Positions 1 to 15,200 of a stretch of DNA of 64,000 bases are shown one piece after another. Made by a program: the position numbers and the translations under genes. Each line of letters begins with the position of its first letter. The first letter of the stretch is position 1. The notes beneath the pieces were generated by a model. It saw only the letters and a program-made list of their open reading frames with translations. It was not told where the DNA came from and made no database searches. Source of the stretch: Eledone cirrhosa. Taxonomy: Eukaryota. The stretch is taken from assembly GCA_964016885.1 (NCBI GenBank), contig OZ024740.1, positions 436,728,001-436,792,000 of the forward strand, written 5' to 3'.

Positions 1-3000
1 TTTCACTAATGTCAAGCTATTTCTGTGATAATCTCTCACTGTTCACTAAATATGAAGCTATTTGTGTGATAACCACTCACTATTCACTACAAGTAAAGCT
101 ATTTCTGTGATAATCCCTCACTGTTCACTACATGTCAAGCTATTTCTGTGATAACCCCTCACTGTTCACTACATGTCAAGCTATTTCTGTAGTTACCCCT
201 CATTGTTCTCTATATGTCAAGCTATTTCTGTGATAACCGCTCACTGTTTTCTACATGTCAAGCTATTTCTGTAATAACCCCTCACTGTTCACTACATGTC
301 AAGCTATTTCTGTAATAACCACTCACTGTTCACTACATGTCAAGCTATTTCTGTGATTACCCCCTCACTGTTCACTACATGTCAAGCTATTTCCGGTGAT
401 TACCCCTCACTGTTCACTATATGTCAAGCTATTTCTGTGATTACCCCTCTCTGTTCACTACATGTCACGCTATTTCTGTGATAACCTGTCACTGTTCACT
501 ATATGTCAAGCTATTTCTGTGATTACCCCTCACTGTTCACTACATGTCATGCTATTTCTGTGATAACCTCTCACTGTTCACTACATGTCAAGCTATTTCT
601 GTGATAACCTCTCACTCTTCACTACATGTCAAGCTCTTTCTGTGATAAGCCCTCACTGTTCACTAATGTCAAGCTATTTCTGTGATAACCCCTCACTGTT
701 CACTACATGTCAAACTATTTCTCTGATAATCCCTCAATATTCATTACATGTCAAGCAATTCCTGTGATAACCTCTCACTGTTCACTACATGTCAAGCTAT
801 TTCTGTGATAACCTCTCACTGTTCACTACATGTCAAGCTATTTCTGTGATAATCCCTCAATGTTCACTAAATATCAAGCTAATTCTGTGATAACCACTCA
901 CTATTCACTACATGTAAAGCTATTTCTGTGATAATCCCTCACTGTTCATTACATGTCAAGCTATTTCTGTGATAACCCCTCACTGTTCACTACATGTCAA
1001 GCTATTTCTTTGAAAATCCATCATTATTCACTACAAGTCAAGCTATTTCTGTGATAACCCCTCACTGTTCACTACATGTCAAGCTATTTCTGTGATAACC
1101 CCTCACTGTTCACTACATGTCAAGCTATTTCTGTGATAACCCCTCATTGTTCACTACATTCAAGCTATTTTTGTAATTACCCCTCATTGTTCACTATATG
1201 TCAAGTTATTTCTGTGATAACCGCTCACTGTTTTCTACATGTCAAGCTATTTCTGTAATAACCCCTCACTGTTCACTACATGTCAAGCTATTTCTGTAAT
1301 AACCACTCACTGTTCACTATATGTCAAGCTATTTATGTGATAACCCCTCACTGTTCTCTACATGTCAAGCTATTTCTGTAATAACCCCTCACTGTTCACT
1401 ACAGGTCAAGCTATTTCTTTGATAAACCCTCACTGTTCACTACGTGTAAAGCTATTTCTGTGATAATCCTTCACTGTTCACTACATGTCATCTATTTCTG
1501 TGATAACCCCTCACTGTTCACTACATGTCAAGCTATTTCTGTGATAATCCCTCACTGTTCACTACATGTCAAGCAATATCCGGTGATTGCACCTGACTGT
1601 TCACTATATGTCAAGCTATTTCTGTGATAACCCCTCACTGTTCAGTACATATCAAGCTATTTCTGTGATAACCCCTCACTGTTCACTACATGTCAAGCTA
1701 TTTCTGTGATAACGTCTCACTGTTCACTACATGTCAAGCTATTTCTGTGAGAAGCCCTCACTGTTCACTACATGTCAAGCTATTTCTGTGATAAACCCTC
1801 ACAGTTCACTACATGTCATGCTATTTCTGTGATAACCTCTCACTGTTCACTACATGTCAAGCTATTTCTGTGATAACCTCTCACTCTTCACTACATGTCA
1901 AGCTCTTTCTGTGATAAGCCCTCACTGTTCACTACATGTCAAGCTATTTCTGTGATTACCCCCTCACTGTTCACTACATGTCAAGCTATTTCCGGTGATT
2001 ACCCCTCACTGTTCACTATATGTCAAGCTATTTCTGTGATTACCCCTCTCTGTTCACTACATGTCACGCTATTTCTGTGATAACCTGTCACTGTTCACTA
2101 TATGTCAAGCTATTTCTGTGATTACCCCTCACTGTTCACTACATGTCATGCTATTTCTGTGATAACCTCTCACTGTTCACTACATGTCAAGCTATTTCTG
2201 TGATAACCTCTCACTCTTCACTACATGTCAAGCTCTTTCTGTGATAAGCCCTCACAGTTCACTAATGTCAAGCTATTTCTGTGATAACCCCTCACTGTTC
2301 ACTACATGTCAAACTATTTCTCTGATAATCCCTCAATATTCATTACATGTCAAGCAATTCCTGTGATAACCTCTCACTGTTCACTACATGTCAAGCTATT
2401 TCTGTGAAAACCTCTCACTGTTCACTACATGTCAAGCTATTTCTGTGATAACCTCTCACTGTTCACTAAATGTCAAGCTATTTCTGTGATAACCCCTCAC
2501 TTTTCACTAATGTCAAGCTATTTCTGTGATAATCCCTCACTGTTCACTAAATATCAAGCTAATTCTGTGATAACCACTCACTATTCACTACATGTAAAGC
2601 TATTTCTGTGATAATCCCTCACTGTTCACTACATGTCAAGCTATTTCTGTGATAACCCCTCACTGTTCACTACATGTCAAGCTATTTCTGTGATTACCCC
2701 CTCACTGTTCACTACATGTCAAGCTATTTCCGGTGATTACCCCTCACTGTTCACTACATGTCAAGCTATTTCTGTGATAATCCCTCACTGTTCACTACAT
2801 GTCAAGCAATATCCGGTGATTGCACCTGACTGTTCACTATATGTCAAGCTATTTCTGTGATAACCCCTCACTGTTCAGTACATATCAAGCTATTTCTGTG
2901 ATAACCCCTCACTGTTCACTACATGTCAAGCTATTTCTGTGATAACGTCTCACTCTTCACTACATGTCAAGCTATTTCTGTGATAAGCCCTCACTGTTCA

Positions 3001-6000
3001 CTACATGTCAAGCTATTTCTGTGATAAACCCTCACAGTTCACTACATGTCATGCTATTTCTGTGATAACCTCTCACTGTTCACTACATGTCAAGCTATTT
3101 CTGTGATAACCTCTCACTCTTCACTACATGTCAAGCTCTTTCTGTGATAAGCCCTCACTGTTCACTACATGTCAAGCTATTTCTGTGATTACACCCTCAC
3201 TGTTCACTACATGTCAAGCTATTTCCGGTGATTACCCCTCACTGTTCACTATATGTCAAGCTATTTCTGTGATTACCCCTCACTGTTCACTACATGTCAC
3301 GCTATTTCTGTGATAACCTGTCACTGTTCACTACATGTCAAGCTATTTCTGTGATAACCTCTCACTGTTCACTATATGTCAAGCTATTTCTGTGATAACC
3401 CCTCACTGTTCACTACATGTCACGCTATTTCTGTGATAACCTGTCACTGTTCACTACATGTAAAGCTATTTCTGTGATAACCTCTCACTGTTCACTACAT
3501 GTCAAGCTATTTCTGTGATAACCTCTCACTGTTCACTACATGTCAAGCTATTTCTGTGATAACCCCTCACTGTTCACTACATGTCAAGCTATTTCTGTGA
3601 TAACCCCTCACTGTTCACTACATGTCAAGCTATTTCTGTGATAACCGCTCACTGTTTTCTACATGTCAAGCTATTTCTTTAATAACCCCTCACTGTTCAC
3701 TACATGTCAAGCTATTTCTGTAATAACCACTCACTGTTCACTATATGTCAAGCTATTTATGTGATAACCCCTCACTGTTCTCTACATGTCAAGCTATTTC
3801 TGTAATAACCCCTCACTGTTCACTACAGGTCAAGCTATTTCTGTGATAAACCCTCACTGTTCACTACGTGTCAAGCTATTTCTGTGATAATCCTTCACTG
3901 TTCACTACATGTCAAGCTATTTCTGTGATAACCCCTCACTGTTCACTACATGTCAAGCTATTTCTGTGATAATCCCTCACTGTTCACTACATGTCAAGCT
4001 ATATCCGGTGATTGCATCTCACTGTTCACTATATGTCAAGCTATTTCTGTGATAACCCCTCACTGTTCATTACATGTCAAGCTATTTCTGTGATAACCCC
4101 TCACTGTTCAGTACATATCAAGCTATTTCTCTGATAACCCCTCACTGTTCACTACATGTTAAGCTATTTCTGTGATAAACCCTCACTGTTCACTACATGT
4201 CAAGCTATTTCTGTGATAAACCCTCACAGTTCACTACATGTCATGCTATTTCTGTGATAACCTCTCACTGTTCACTACATGTTAAGCTATTTCTGTGATA
4301 ACCTCTCACTCTTCACTACATGTCAAGCTCTTTCTGTGATAAGCCCTCACTGTTCACTACATGTCAAGCTATTTCTGTGATTACCCCCTCACTGTTCACT
4401 ATATGTCAAGCTATTTCTGTGATTACCCCTCTCTGTTCACTACATGTCACGCTATTTCTGTGATAACCTGTCACTGTTCACTATATGTCAAGCTATTTCT
4501 GTGATTACCCCTCACTGTTCACTACATGTCATGCTATTTCTGTGATAACCTCTCACTGTTCACTACATGTCAAGCTATTTCTGTGATAACCTCTCACTCT
4601 TCACTACATGTCAAGCTCTTTCTGTGATAAGCCCTCACTGTTCACTAATGTCAAGCTATTTCTGTGATAACCCCTCACTGTTCACTACATGTCAAACTAT
4701 TTCTCTGATAATCCCTCAATATTCATTACATGTCAAGCAATTCCTGTGATAACCTCTCACTGTTCACTACATGTCAAGCTATTTCTGTGATAACCTCTCA
4801 CTGTTCACTACATGTCAGGCTATTTCTGTGATAACCTCTCACTGTTCACTAAATGTCAAGCTATTTCTGTGATAACCCCTCACTTTTCACTAATGTCAAG
4901 CTATTTCTGTGATAATCCCTCACTGTTCACTAAATATCAAGCTAATTCTGTGATAACCACTCACTATTCACTACATGTAAAGCTATTTCTGTGATAATCC
5001 CTCACTGTTCACTACATGTCAAGCTATTTCTGTGATAACCCCTCACTGTTCACTACATGTCAAGCTATTTCTGTGATAACCCCTCATTGTTCACTACATT
5101 CAAGCTATTTTTGTAATTACCCCTCATTGTTCACTATATGTCAAGTTATTTCTGTTATAACCGCTCACTGTTTTCTACATGTCAAGCTATTTCTGTAATA
5201 ACCCCTCACTGTTCACTACATGTCAAGCTATTTCTGTAATAACCACTCACTCTTCACTACATGTCAAGCTATTTCTTTGATAATCCATCATTATTCACTA
5301 CAAGTCAAGCTATTTCTGTGATAACCCCTCACTGTTCACTACATGTCAAGCTATTTCTGTGATAAGCCCTCACTGTTCACTACATGTCAAGCTATTTCTG
5401 TGATAACCCCTCATTGTTCACTACATTCAAGCTATTTTTGTAATTACCCCTCATAGTTCACTATATGTCAAGTTATTTCTGTGATAACCGCTCACTGTTT
5501 TCTACATGTCAAGCTATTTCTGTAATAACCCCTCACTGTTCACTACATGTCAAGCTATTTCTGTAATAACCACTCACTGTTCACTATATGTCAAGCTATT
5601 TATGTGATAACCCCCCACTGTTCTCTACATGTCAAGCTATTTCTGTAATAACCCCTCACTGTTCACTACAGGTCAAGCTATTACTTTGATAAACCCTCAC
5701 TGTTCACTACGTGTCAAGCTATTTCTGTGATAATCCTTCACTGTTCACTACATGTCAAGCTATTTCTGTGATAACCCCTCACTGTTCACTACATGTCAAG
5801 CAATATCCGGTGATTGCACCTGACTGTTCACTATATGTCAAGCTATTTCTGTGATAACCCCTCACTGTTCAGTACATATCAAGCTATTTCTGTGATAACC
5901 CCTCACTGTTCACTACATGTCAAGCTATTTCTGTGATAAGCCCTCACTGTTCACTACATGTCAAGCTATTTCTGTGATAAACCCTCACAGTTCACTACAT

Positions 6001-9000
6001 GTCATGCTATTTCTGTGATAACCTCTCACTCTTCACTACATGTCAAGCTCTTTCTGTGATAAGCCCTCACTGTTCACTACATGTCAAGCTATTTCTGTGA
6101 TTACCCCCTCACTGTTCACTACATGTCAAGCTATTTCCGGTGATTACCCCTCACTGTTCACTATATGTCAAGCTATTTCTGTGATTACCCCTCACTGTTC
6201 ACTACATGTCACGCTATTTCTGTGATAACCTGTCACTGTTCACTACATGTCAAGCTATTTCTGTGATAACCTCTCACTGTTCACTATATGTCAAGCTATT
6301 TCTGTGATAACCCCTCACTGTTCACTACATGTCACGCTATTTCTGTGATAACCTGTCACTGTTCACTACATGTAAAGCTATTTCTGTGATAACCTCTCAC
6401 TGTTCATTACATGTCAAGCTATTTCTGTGATAACCTCTCACTGTTCACTACATGTCAAGCTATTTCTGTGATAACCCCTCACTGTTCACTACATGTCAAG
6501 CAATATCCGGTGATTGCACCTGACTGTTCACTATATGTCAAGCTATTTCTGTGATAACCCCTCACTGTTCAGTACAGATCAAGCTATTTCTGTGATAACC
6601 CCTCACTGTTCACTACATGTCAAGCTATTTCTGTGATAACGTCTCACTGTTCACTACATGTCAAGCTATTTCTGTGATAAGCCCTCACTGTTCACTACAT
6701 GTCAAGCTATTTCTGTGAAAAACCCTCACAGTTCACTACATGTCATGCTATTTCTGTGATAACCTCTCACTGTTCACTACATGTCAAGCTATTTCTGTGA
6801 TAACCTCTCACTCTTCACTACATATCAAGCTCTTTCTGTGATAAGCCCTCACTGTTCACTACATGTCAAGCTATTTCTGTGATTACCCCCTCACTGTTCA
6901 CTACATGTCAAGCTATTTCCGGTGATTACCCCTCACTGTTCACTATATGTCAAGCTATTTCTGTGATTACCCCTCACTGTTCACTACATGTCACGCTATT
7001 TCTGTGATAACCTGTCACTGTTCACTAAATGTCAAGCTATTTCTGTGATAACCTCTCACTGTTCACTATATGTCAAGCTATTTCTGTGATAACCCCTCAC
7101 TGTTCACTACATGTCACGCTATTTCTGTGATAACCTGTCACTGTTCACTACATGTAAAGCTATTTCTGTGATAACCTCTCACTGTTCACTACATGTCAAG
7201 CTATTTCTGTGATAACCTCTCACTGTTCACTACATGTCAAGCTATTTCTGTGATAACCCCTCACTGTTCACTACATGTCAAGCTATTTCTGTGATAACCC
7301 CTCACTGTTCACTACATGTCAAGCTATTTCTGTGATAACCGCTCACTGTTTTCTACATGTCAAGCTATTTCTTTAATAACCCCTCACTGTTCACTACATG
7401 TCAAGCTATTTCAGTAATAACCACTCACTGTTCACTATATGTCAAGCTATTTATGTGATAACCCCTCACTGTTCTCTACATGTCAAGCTGTTTCTGTAAT
7501 AACCCCTCACTGTTCACTACAGGTCAAGCTATTTCTGTGATAAACCCTCACTGTTCACTACGTGTCAAGCTATTTCTGTGATAATCCTTCACTGTTCACT
7601 ACATGTCAAGCTATTTCTGTGATAACCCCTCACTGTTCACTACATGTCAAGCTATTTCTGTGATAATCCCTCACTGTTCACTACATGTCAAGCTATATCC
7701 GGTGATTGCATCTCACTGTTCACTATATGTCAAGCTATTTTTGTGATAACCCCTCACTGTTCATTACATGTCAAGCTATTTCTGTGATAACCCCTCACTG
7801 TTCAGTACATATCAAGCTATTTCTCTGATAACCCCTCACTGTTCACTACATGTCAAGCTATTTCTGTGATAAACCCTCACTGTTCACTACATGTCAAGCT
7901 ATTTCTGTGATAATCCCTCACAGTTCACTACATGTCATGCTATTTCTGTGATAACCTCTCACTTTTCACTACATGTCAAGCTATTTCTGTGATAACCTCT
8001 CACTCTTCACTACATGTCAAGCTCTTTCTGTGATAAGCCCTCACTGTTCACTACATGTCAAGCTATTTCTGTGATTACCCCCTCACTGTTCACTATATGT
8101 CAAGCTATTTCTGTGATTACCCCTCTCTGTTCACTACATGTCACGCTATTTCTGTGATAACCTGTCACTGTTCACTATATGTCAAGCTATTTCTGTGATT
8201 ACCCCTCACTGTTCACTACATGTCATGCTATTTCTGTGATAACCTCTCACTGTTCACTACATGTCAAGCTATTTCTGTGATAACCTCTCACTCTTCACTA
8301 CATGTCAAGCTATTTCTGTGATAACCCCTCACTGTTCACTACATGTCAAACTATTTCTCTGATAATCCCTCAATATTCATTACATGTCAAGCAATTCCTG
8401 TGATAACCTCTCACTGTTCACTACATGTCAAGCTATTTCTGTGATAACCTCTCACTGTTCACTACATGTCAAGCTATGTCTGTGATAACCTCTCACTGTT
8501 CACTAAATGTCAAGCTATTTCTGTGATAACCCCTCACTTTTCACTAATGTCAAGCTATTTCTGTGATAATCCCTCACTGTTCACTAAATATCAAGCTAAT
8601 TCTGTGATAACCACTCACTATTCACTACATGTAAAGCTATTTCTGTGATAATCCCTCACTGTTCACTACATGTCAAGCTATTTCTGTGATAACCCCTCAC
8701 TGTTCACTACATGTCAAGCTATTTCTGTGATAACCCCTCATTGTTCACTACATTCAAGCTATTTTTGTAATTACCCCTCATTGTTCACTATATGTCAAGT
8801 TATTTCTGTGATAACCGCTCACTGTTTTCTACATGTCAAGCTATTTCTGTAATAACCCCTCACTGTTCACTACATGTCAAGCTATTTCTGTAATAACCAC
8901 TCACTCTTCACTACATGTCAAGCTATTTCTTTGATAATCCATCATTATTCACTACAAGTCAAGCTATTTCTGTGATAACCCCTCACTGTTCACTACATGT

Positions 9001-10250
9001 CAAGCTATTTCTGTGATAAGCCCTCACTGTTCACTACATGTCAAGCTATTTCTGTGATAACCCCTCATTGTTCACTACATTCAAGCTATTTTTGTAATTA
9101 CCCCTCATAGTTCACTATATGTCAAGTTATTTCTGTGATAACCGCTCACTGTTTTCTACATGTCAAGCTATTTCTGTAATAACCCCTCACTGTTCACTAC
9201 ATGTCAAGCTATTTCTCTAATAACCACTCACTGTTCACTATATGTCAAGCTATTTATGTGATAACCCCCCACTGTTCACTACAGGTCAAGCTATTTCTTT
9301 GATAAACCCTCACTGTTCACTACGTGTCAAGCTATTTCTGTGATAATCCTTCACTGTTCACTACATGTCAAGCTATTTCTGTGATAACCCCTCACTGTTC
9401 ACTACATGTCAAGCTATTTCTGTGATAATCCCTCACTGTTCACTACATGTCAAGCAATATCCGGTGATTGCACCTGACTGTTCACTATATGTCAAGCTAT
9501 TTCTGTGATAACCCCTCACTGTTCAGTACATATCAAGCTATTTCTGTGATAACCCCTCACTGTTCACTACATGTCAAGCTATTTCTGTGATAAGCCCTCA
9601 CTGTTCACTACATGTCAAGCTATTTCTGTGATAAACCCTCACAGTTCACTACATGTCATGCTATTTCTGTGATAACCTCTCACTGTTCACTAAATGTCAA
9701 GCTATTTCTGTGATAACCTCTCACTCTTCACTACATGTCAAGCTCTTTCTGTGATAAGCCCTCACTGTTCACTACATGTCAAGCTATTTCTGTGATTACC
9801 CCCTCACTGTTCACTACATGTCAAGCTATTTCCGGTGATTACCCCTCACTGTTCACTATATGTCAAGCTATTTCTGTGATTACCCCTCACAGTTCACTAC
9901 ATGTCATGCTATTTCTGTGATAACCTCTCACTTTTCACTACATGTCAAGCTATTTCTGTGATAACCTCTCACTGTTCACTATATGTCAAGCTATTTCTGT
10001 GATAACCCCTCACTGTTCACTACATGTCACGCTATTTCTGTGATAACCTGTCACTGTTCACTACATGTAAAGCTATTTCTGTGATAACCTCTCACAGTTC
10101 ACTACATGTCAAGCTATTTCTGTGATAACCTCTCACTGTTCACTACATGTCAAGCTATTTCTGTGATAACCCCTCACTGTTCACTACATGTCAAGCTATT
10201 TCTGTGATAACCCCTCACTGTTCACTACATGTCAAGCTATTTCTGTGATA
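1..10250. repeat. Satellite sub-domain A (variant set distinct from the rest of the array)
   Basis: These markers are confined here: CACTAATG 40-bp monomers (4, 661, 2240, 2505, 4643, 4888, 8542), GATTACCCCCTC 42-bp monomers (355, 1955, 2693, 4379, 6099, 6881, 8073, 9794), and ATATCCGGTGATTGCA monomers (e.g. 2810, 6504). Confidence 0.8.
2790..10230. repeat. Imperfect tandem duplication, about 90 monomers (offset ~3694 bp, two copies)
   Basis: ATCCGG at 2811/6505, CTATTTCTTTAAT at 3671/7365 and ATTGCATCTC at 4011/7705 all give 3694. The offset changes to 3654 (ORFs 4812/8466, 5016/8670) and 3695 (6040/9735) through whole-monomer gains and losses. Confidence 0.85.
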
Positions 10251-12229
10251 ACCCCTCACTGTTCACTACATGTCAAGCTATTTCTGTGATAACCTTTCAC
10301 TGTTCACTACATGTCAAGCTATTTCTGTGATAACCTCTCACTGTTCACTACATGTCAAGCTATTTCTGTGATAAGCCCTCACTGTTCATTACATGTCTAG
10401 CTATTTCTGTGATAACCCCTCATTGTTCACTACATGTCAAGCTATTTCTGTGATTACCCCTCACTGTTAACTACATGTCAATCTATTTGCGGTGATTACC
10501 CCTCACTGTTCACTATATGTCAAGCTATTTCTGTGATAACCTCTCACTGTTAACTACATGTCAAGCTATTTCTGTGATAACCTCTTACTGTTCGCTACAT
10601 GTCAAGCTATTTCTGTGATAACCCCTCACTGTTCACTACATGTCAAGCTGTTTCTGTGATAACCCCTCACTGTTCAGTACATGTCAAACTATTTCTGTGA
10701 TAATCCCTCAATGTTCATTACATGTCAAGCAATTCCTGTGATAACCTCTCACGGTTCACTACATGTCAAGCTCTTTCTGTGATAACCTGTCACTGTTCAC
10801 TACAAGTCAAGCTATTTCTGTGATAACCTCTCACTGGTCACTATATGTCAAGCTATTTCTGTGATAACCCCTCACTGTTCAGTACACATCAAGCTATTTC
10901 TGTGATAACCCCTCACTGTTCACTACATGTCAAGCTATTTCTGTGAAAACGTCTCAGTGTTCACTACATGTCAAGCTATTTCTGTGATAAGCCCTCACTG
11001 TTCACTACATGTCAAGCTATTTCTGTGATAAACCCTCACAGTTCACTACATATCATGCTATTTCTGTGATAACCTCTCACTGTTCACTACATGTCAAGCT
11101 ATTTCTGTGATAACCTCTCACTCTTCACTACATGTCAAGCTCTTTCTGTGATAAGCCCTCACTGTTCACTACATGTCAAGCTATTTCTGTGATTACCCCA
11201 TCACTGTTCACTACCTGTCAAGCTATTTCTGTGATAAGCCCTCACTGTTCACTACATGTCAAGCTATTTCTGTGATAACCTCTCACTGTTCACTACATGT
11301 CAAGCTATTTCTGTGATAACCCCTCACTGTTCACTACATGTCACGCTATTTCTGTGATAACCTCTCACTGGTCACTACATGTAAAGCTACTTCTGTGATA
11401 ACCTCTCACTGTTCACTACATGACAAGCTATTTCTGTGATAACCCCTCACTGTTCACTATATGTCAAGCTATTTCTGTGATAACCCCTCACTGTTCACTA
11501 CATGTCAAACTATTTCTGTGATAACCCATCACTGTTCACTACATGTCAAGCTATTTCCGGTGATTACCCCTCACTGTTCACTATATGTCAAGCTATTTCT
11601 GTGATTAACCCTCACTGTTCACTGTATGTCAAGCTATTTCTGTGATAACCTCTCACTGGTCACTACATGTAAAGCTATTTCTGTGATAACCTCTCACTGT
11701 TCACTACATGTCAAGCTATTTCTGTGATAACCTCTCACTGTTCACTATATGTCTAGCTATTTCTGTGATAACCCCTCACTGTTCACTACATGTCAAACTA
11801 TTTCTGTGATAACCCATCACTGTTCACTATATATCAAGCTATTTCCGGTGATTACCCCTCACTGTTCACTATATGTCAAGCTATTTCTGTGATTACCCCT
11901 CACTGTTCACTACATGTCAAGCTATTTCTGTGATAACCTCTCACTGTTCACTACATGTCAAGCTATTTGTGTGATAACCTCTCACTGTTCACTACATGTC
12001 AAGCTATTTCTGTGATAACCCCTGACTGTTCACTACATGTCAAGCTATTTATGTGATAATCCCTCACTGTTCACTACATTTCAAGCTATTTCTGTGATAA
12101 CCCCTCACTGTTCACTACATGTCAAGCTATTTCTGTTATAACCCCTCATTGTTCACTACATGTCAAGCTATTTCTGCAATTACCCCTCACTGTTCACTAC
12201 ATGTCAAGCTATTTCTGTGATAACCCCTC

Positions 12230-15200
12230 ACTGTTCTCTACATGTCAAGCTATTTCTGTAATAACCCCTCACTGTTCACTACATGTCAAGCTATTTCTGT
12301 GATAACTCCTCACTGTTCACTACATGTCAACTATTTCTGTGATAATCCCTCACTGTTCACTACATGTCAAGCTATTTCCGGTGATTGCCCCTCACTGTTC
12401 ACTATATGTCAAGCTATTTCTGTGATAACCCCTCACTGTTCAGTACATATCAAGCTATTTCTGTGATAACCTCTCACTGTTCACTACATGTCAAGCTATT
12501 TCTGTGATAACCCCTCACTGTTCACTATATGTCAAGCTATTTCTGTGATAACCCCTCACTGTTCACTACATTTCAAACTATTTCTGTGATAACCACTCAC
12601 TGTTCACTACATGTCAAGCTATTTCCGGTGATTACCCCTCACTGTTCACTATATGTCAAGCTATTTCTGTGATTACCCCTCACTGTTCACTACATGTCAA
12701 GCTATTGCTGTGATAACCTCTCACTGTTCACTACATGTCAAGTTATTTCTGTGATAACCCCTCACTGTTCACTACATGTCAAGGTATTTCTGTGATAACC
12801 TCTCACTGTTCACTACATGTCAAGCTATTTGTGTGATAACCTCTCACTGTTCACTACATTTCAAGCTATTTCTGTGATAACCCCTGACTGTTCACTACAT
12901 GTCAAGCTATTTCTGTGATAATCCCTCAATGTTCACTACATATCAAGCTATTTCTGTGATAACCCCTCATTGTTCACTACATGTCAAGCTATTTCTGTAA
13001 TTACCCCTCACTGTTCACTACATGTCAAGCTATTTCTGTGATAACCCCTCACTGTTCTCTACATGTCAAGCTATTTCTGTAATAACCCCTCACTGTTCAC
13101 TACATGTCAAGCTATTTCTGTAATAACCACTCACTGTTCACTATATGTCAAGCTATTTATGTGATTACCCCTCACTGTTCTCTACATGTCAAGCTATTTC
13201 TGTAATAACCCCTCACTGTTCAATACAGGTCAAGCTATTTCTGTGATAAACCCTCACTGTTCACTACATGTCAAGCTATTTCTTTGATAATCCCTCACTG
13301 TTCACTACATATCAAGCTATTTCTGTGATAATCCCTCACTGTTCACTACATGTCAAACTATTTCCGGTGATTGCCCCTCACTGTTCACTACATGTCAACC
13401 TATTTCTGTAATTACCCCTTACTGTTCACTACATGTAAAGCTATTTCTGTGATAACCCCTCACTGTTCTCTACATGTCAAGCTATTTCTGTAATAACCCC
13501 TCACTGTTCACTACATGTCAAGCTATTTCTGTAATAACCACTCACTGTTCACTACATGTCAAGCTATTTCTGTGATAACCCCTCACTGTTCACTACATGT
13601 CAAGCTATTTCTGTGATAACCCCTCACTGTTCACTACATGTCAAGCTATTTCTGTGATAACCCCTCACTGTTCACTACATGTCAAGCTATTTCTGTGATA
13701 ACCTTTCACTGTTCACTACATGTCAAGCTATTTCTATGATAACCTCTCACTGTTCACTACATGTCAAGCTATTTCTGTGATAAGCCCTCACTGTTCACTA
13801 CATGTCTATCTATTTCTGTGATAACCCCTCATTGTTCACTACATGTCAAGCTATTTCTGTGATTACCCCTCACTGTTCACTACATGTCAAGCTATTTCTG
13901 TGATAACCTCTCACTGTTCTCTACATGTCAAGCTATTTCTCTAATAACCCCTCACTGTTCACTACATGTCAAGCTATTTCTGTGATAACTCCTCACTGTT
14001 CACTACATGTCAACTATTTCTGTGATAATCCCTCACTGTTCACTACATGTCAAGCTATTTCCGGTGATTGCCCCTCACTGTTCACTATATGTCAAGCTAT
14101 TTCTGTGATAACCCCTCACTGTTCAGTACATATCAAGCTATTTCTGTGATAACCTCTCACTGTTCACTACATGTCAAGCTATTTCTGTGATAACCCCTCA
14201 CTGTTCACTATATGTCAAGCTATTTCTGTGATAACCCCTCACTGTTCACTACATTTCAAACTATTTCTGTGATAACCACTCACTGTTCACTACATGTCAA
14301 GCTATTTCCGGTGATTACTCCTCACTGTTCACTATATGTCAAGCTATTTCTGTGATTACCCCTCACTGTTCACTACATGTCAAGCTATTGCTGTGATAAC
14401 CTCTCACTGTTCACTACATGTCAAGTTATTTCTGTGATAACCCCTCACTGTTCACTACATGTCAAGTTATTTCTGTGATAACCTCTCACTGTTCACTACA
14501 TGTCAAGCTATTTGTGTGATAACCTCTCACTGTTCACTACATTTCAAGCTATTTCTGTGATAACCCCTGACTGTTCACTACATGTCAAGCTATTTCTGTG
14601 ATAATCCCTCAATGTTCACTACATATCAAGCTATTTCTGTGATAACCCCTCATTGTTCACTACATGTCAAGCTATTTCTGTAATTACCCCTCACTGTTCA
14701 CTACATGTCAAGCTATTTCTGTGATAACCCCTCACTGTTCTCTACATGTCAAGCTATTTCTGTAATAACCCCTCACTGTTCACTACATGTCAAGCTATTT
14801 CTGTAATAACCACTCACTGTTCACTATATGTCAAGCTATTTATGTGATTACCCCTCACTGTTCTCTACATGTCAAGCTATTTCTGTAATAACCCCTCACT
14901 GTTCAATACAGGTCAAGCTATTTCTGTGATAAACCCTCACTGTTCACTACATGTCAAGCTATTTCTTTGATAATCCCTCACTGTTCACTACATATCAAGC
15001 TATTTCTGTGATAATCCCTCACTGTTCACTACATGTCAAACTATTTCCGGTGATTGCCCCTCACTGTTCACTACATGTCAACCTATTTCTGTAATTACCC
15101 CTTACTGTTCACTACATGTCAAGCTATTTCTGTGATAACCCCTCACTGTTCTCTACATGTCAAGCTATTTCTGTAATAACCGCTCACTGTTCACTACATG

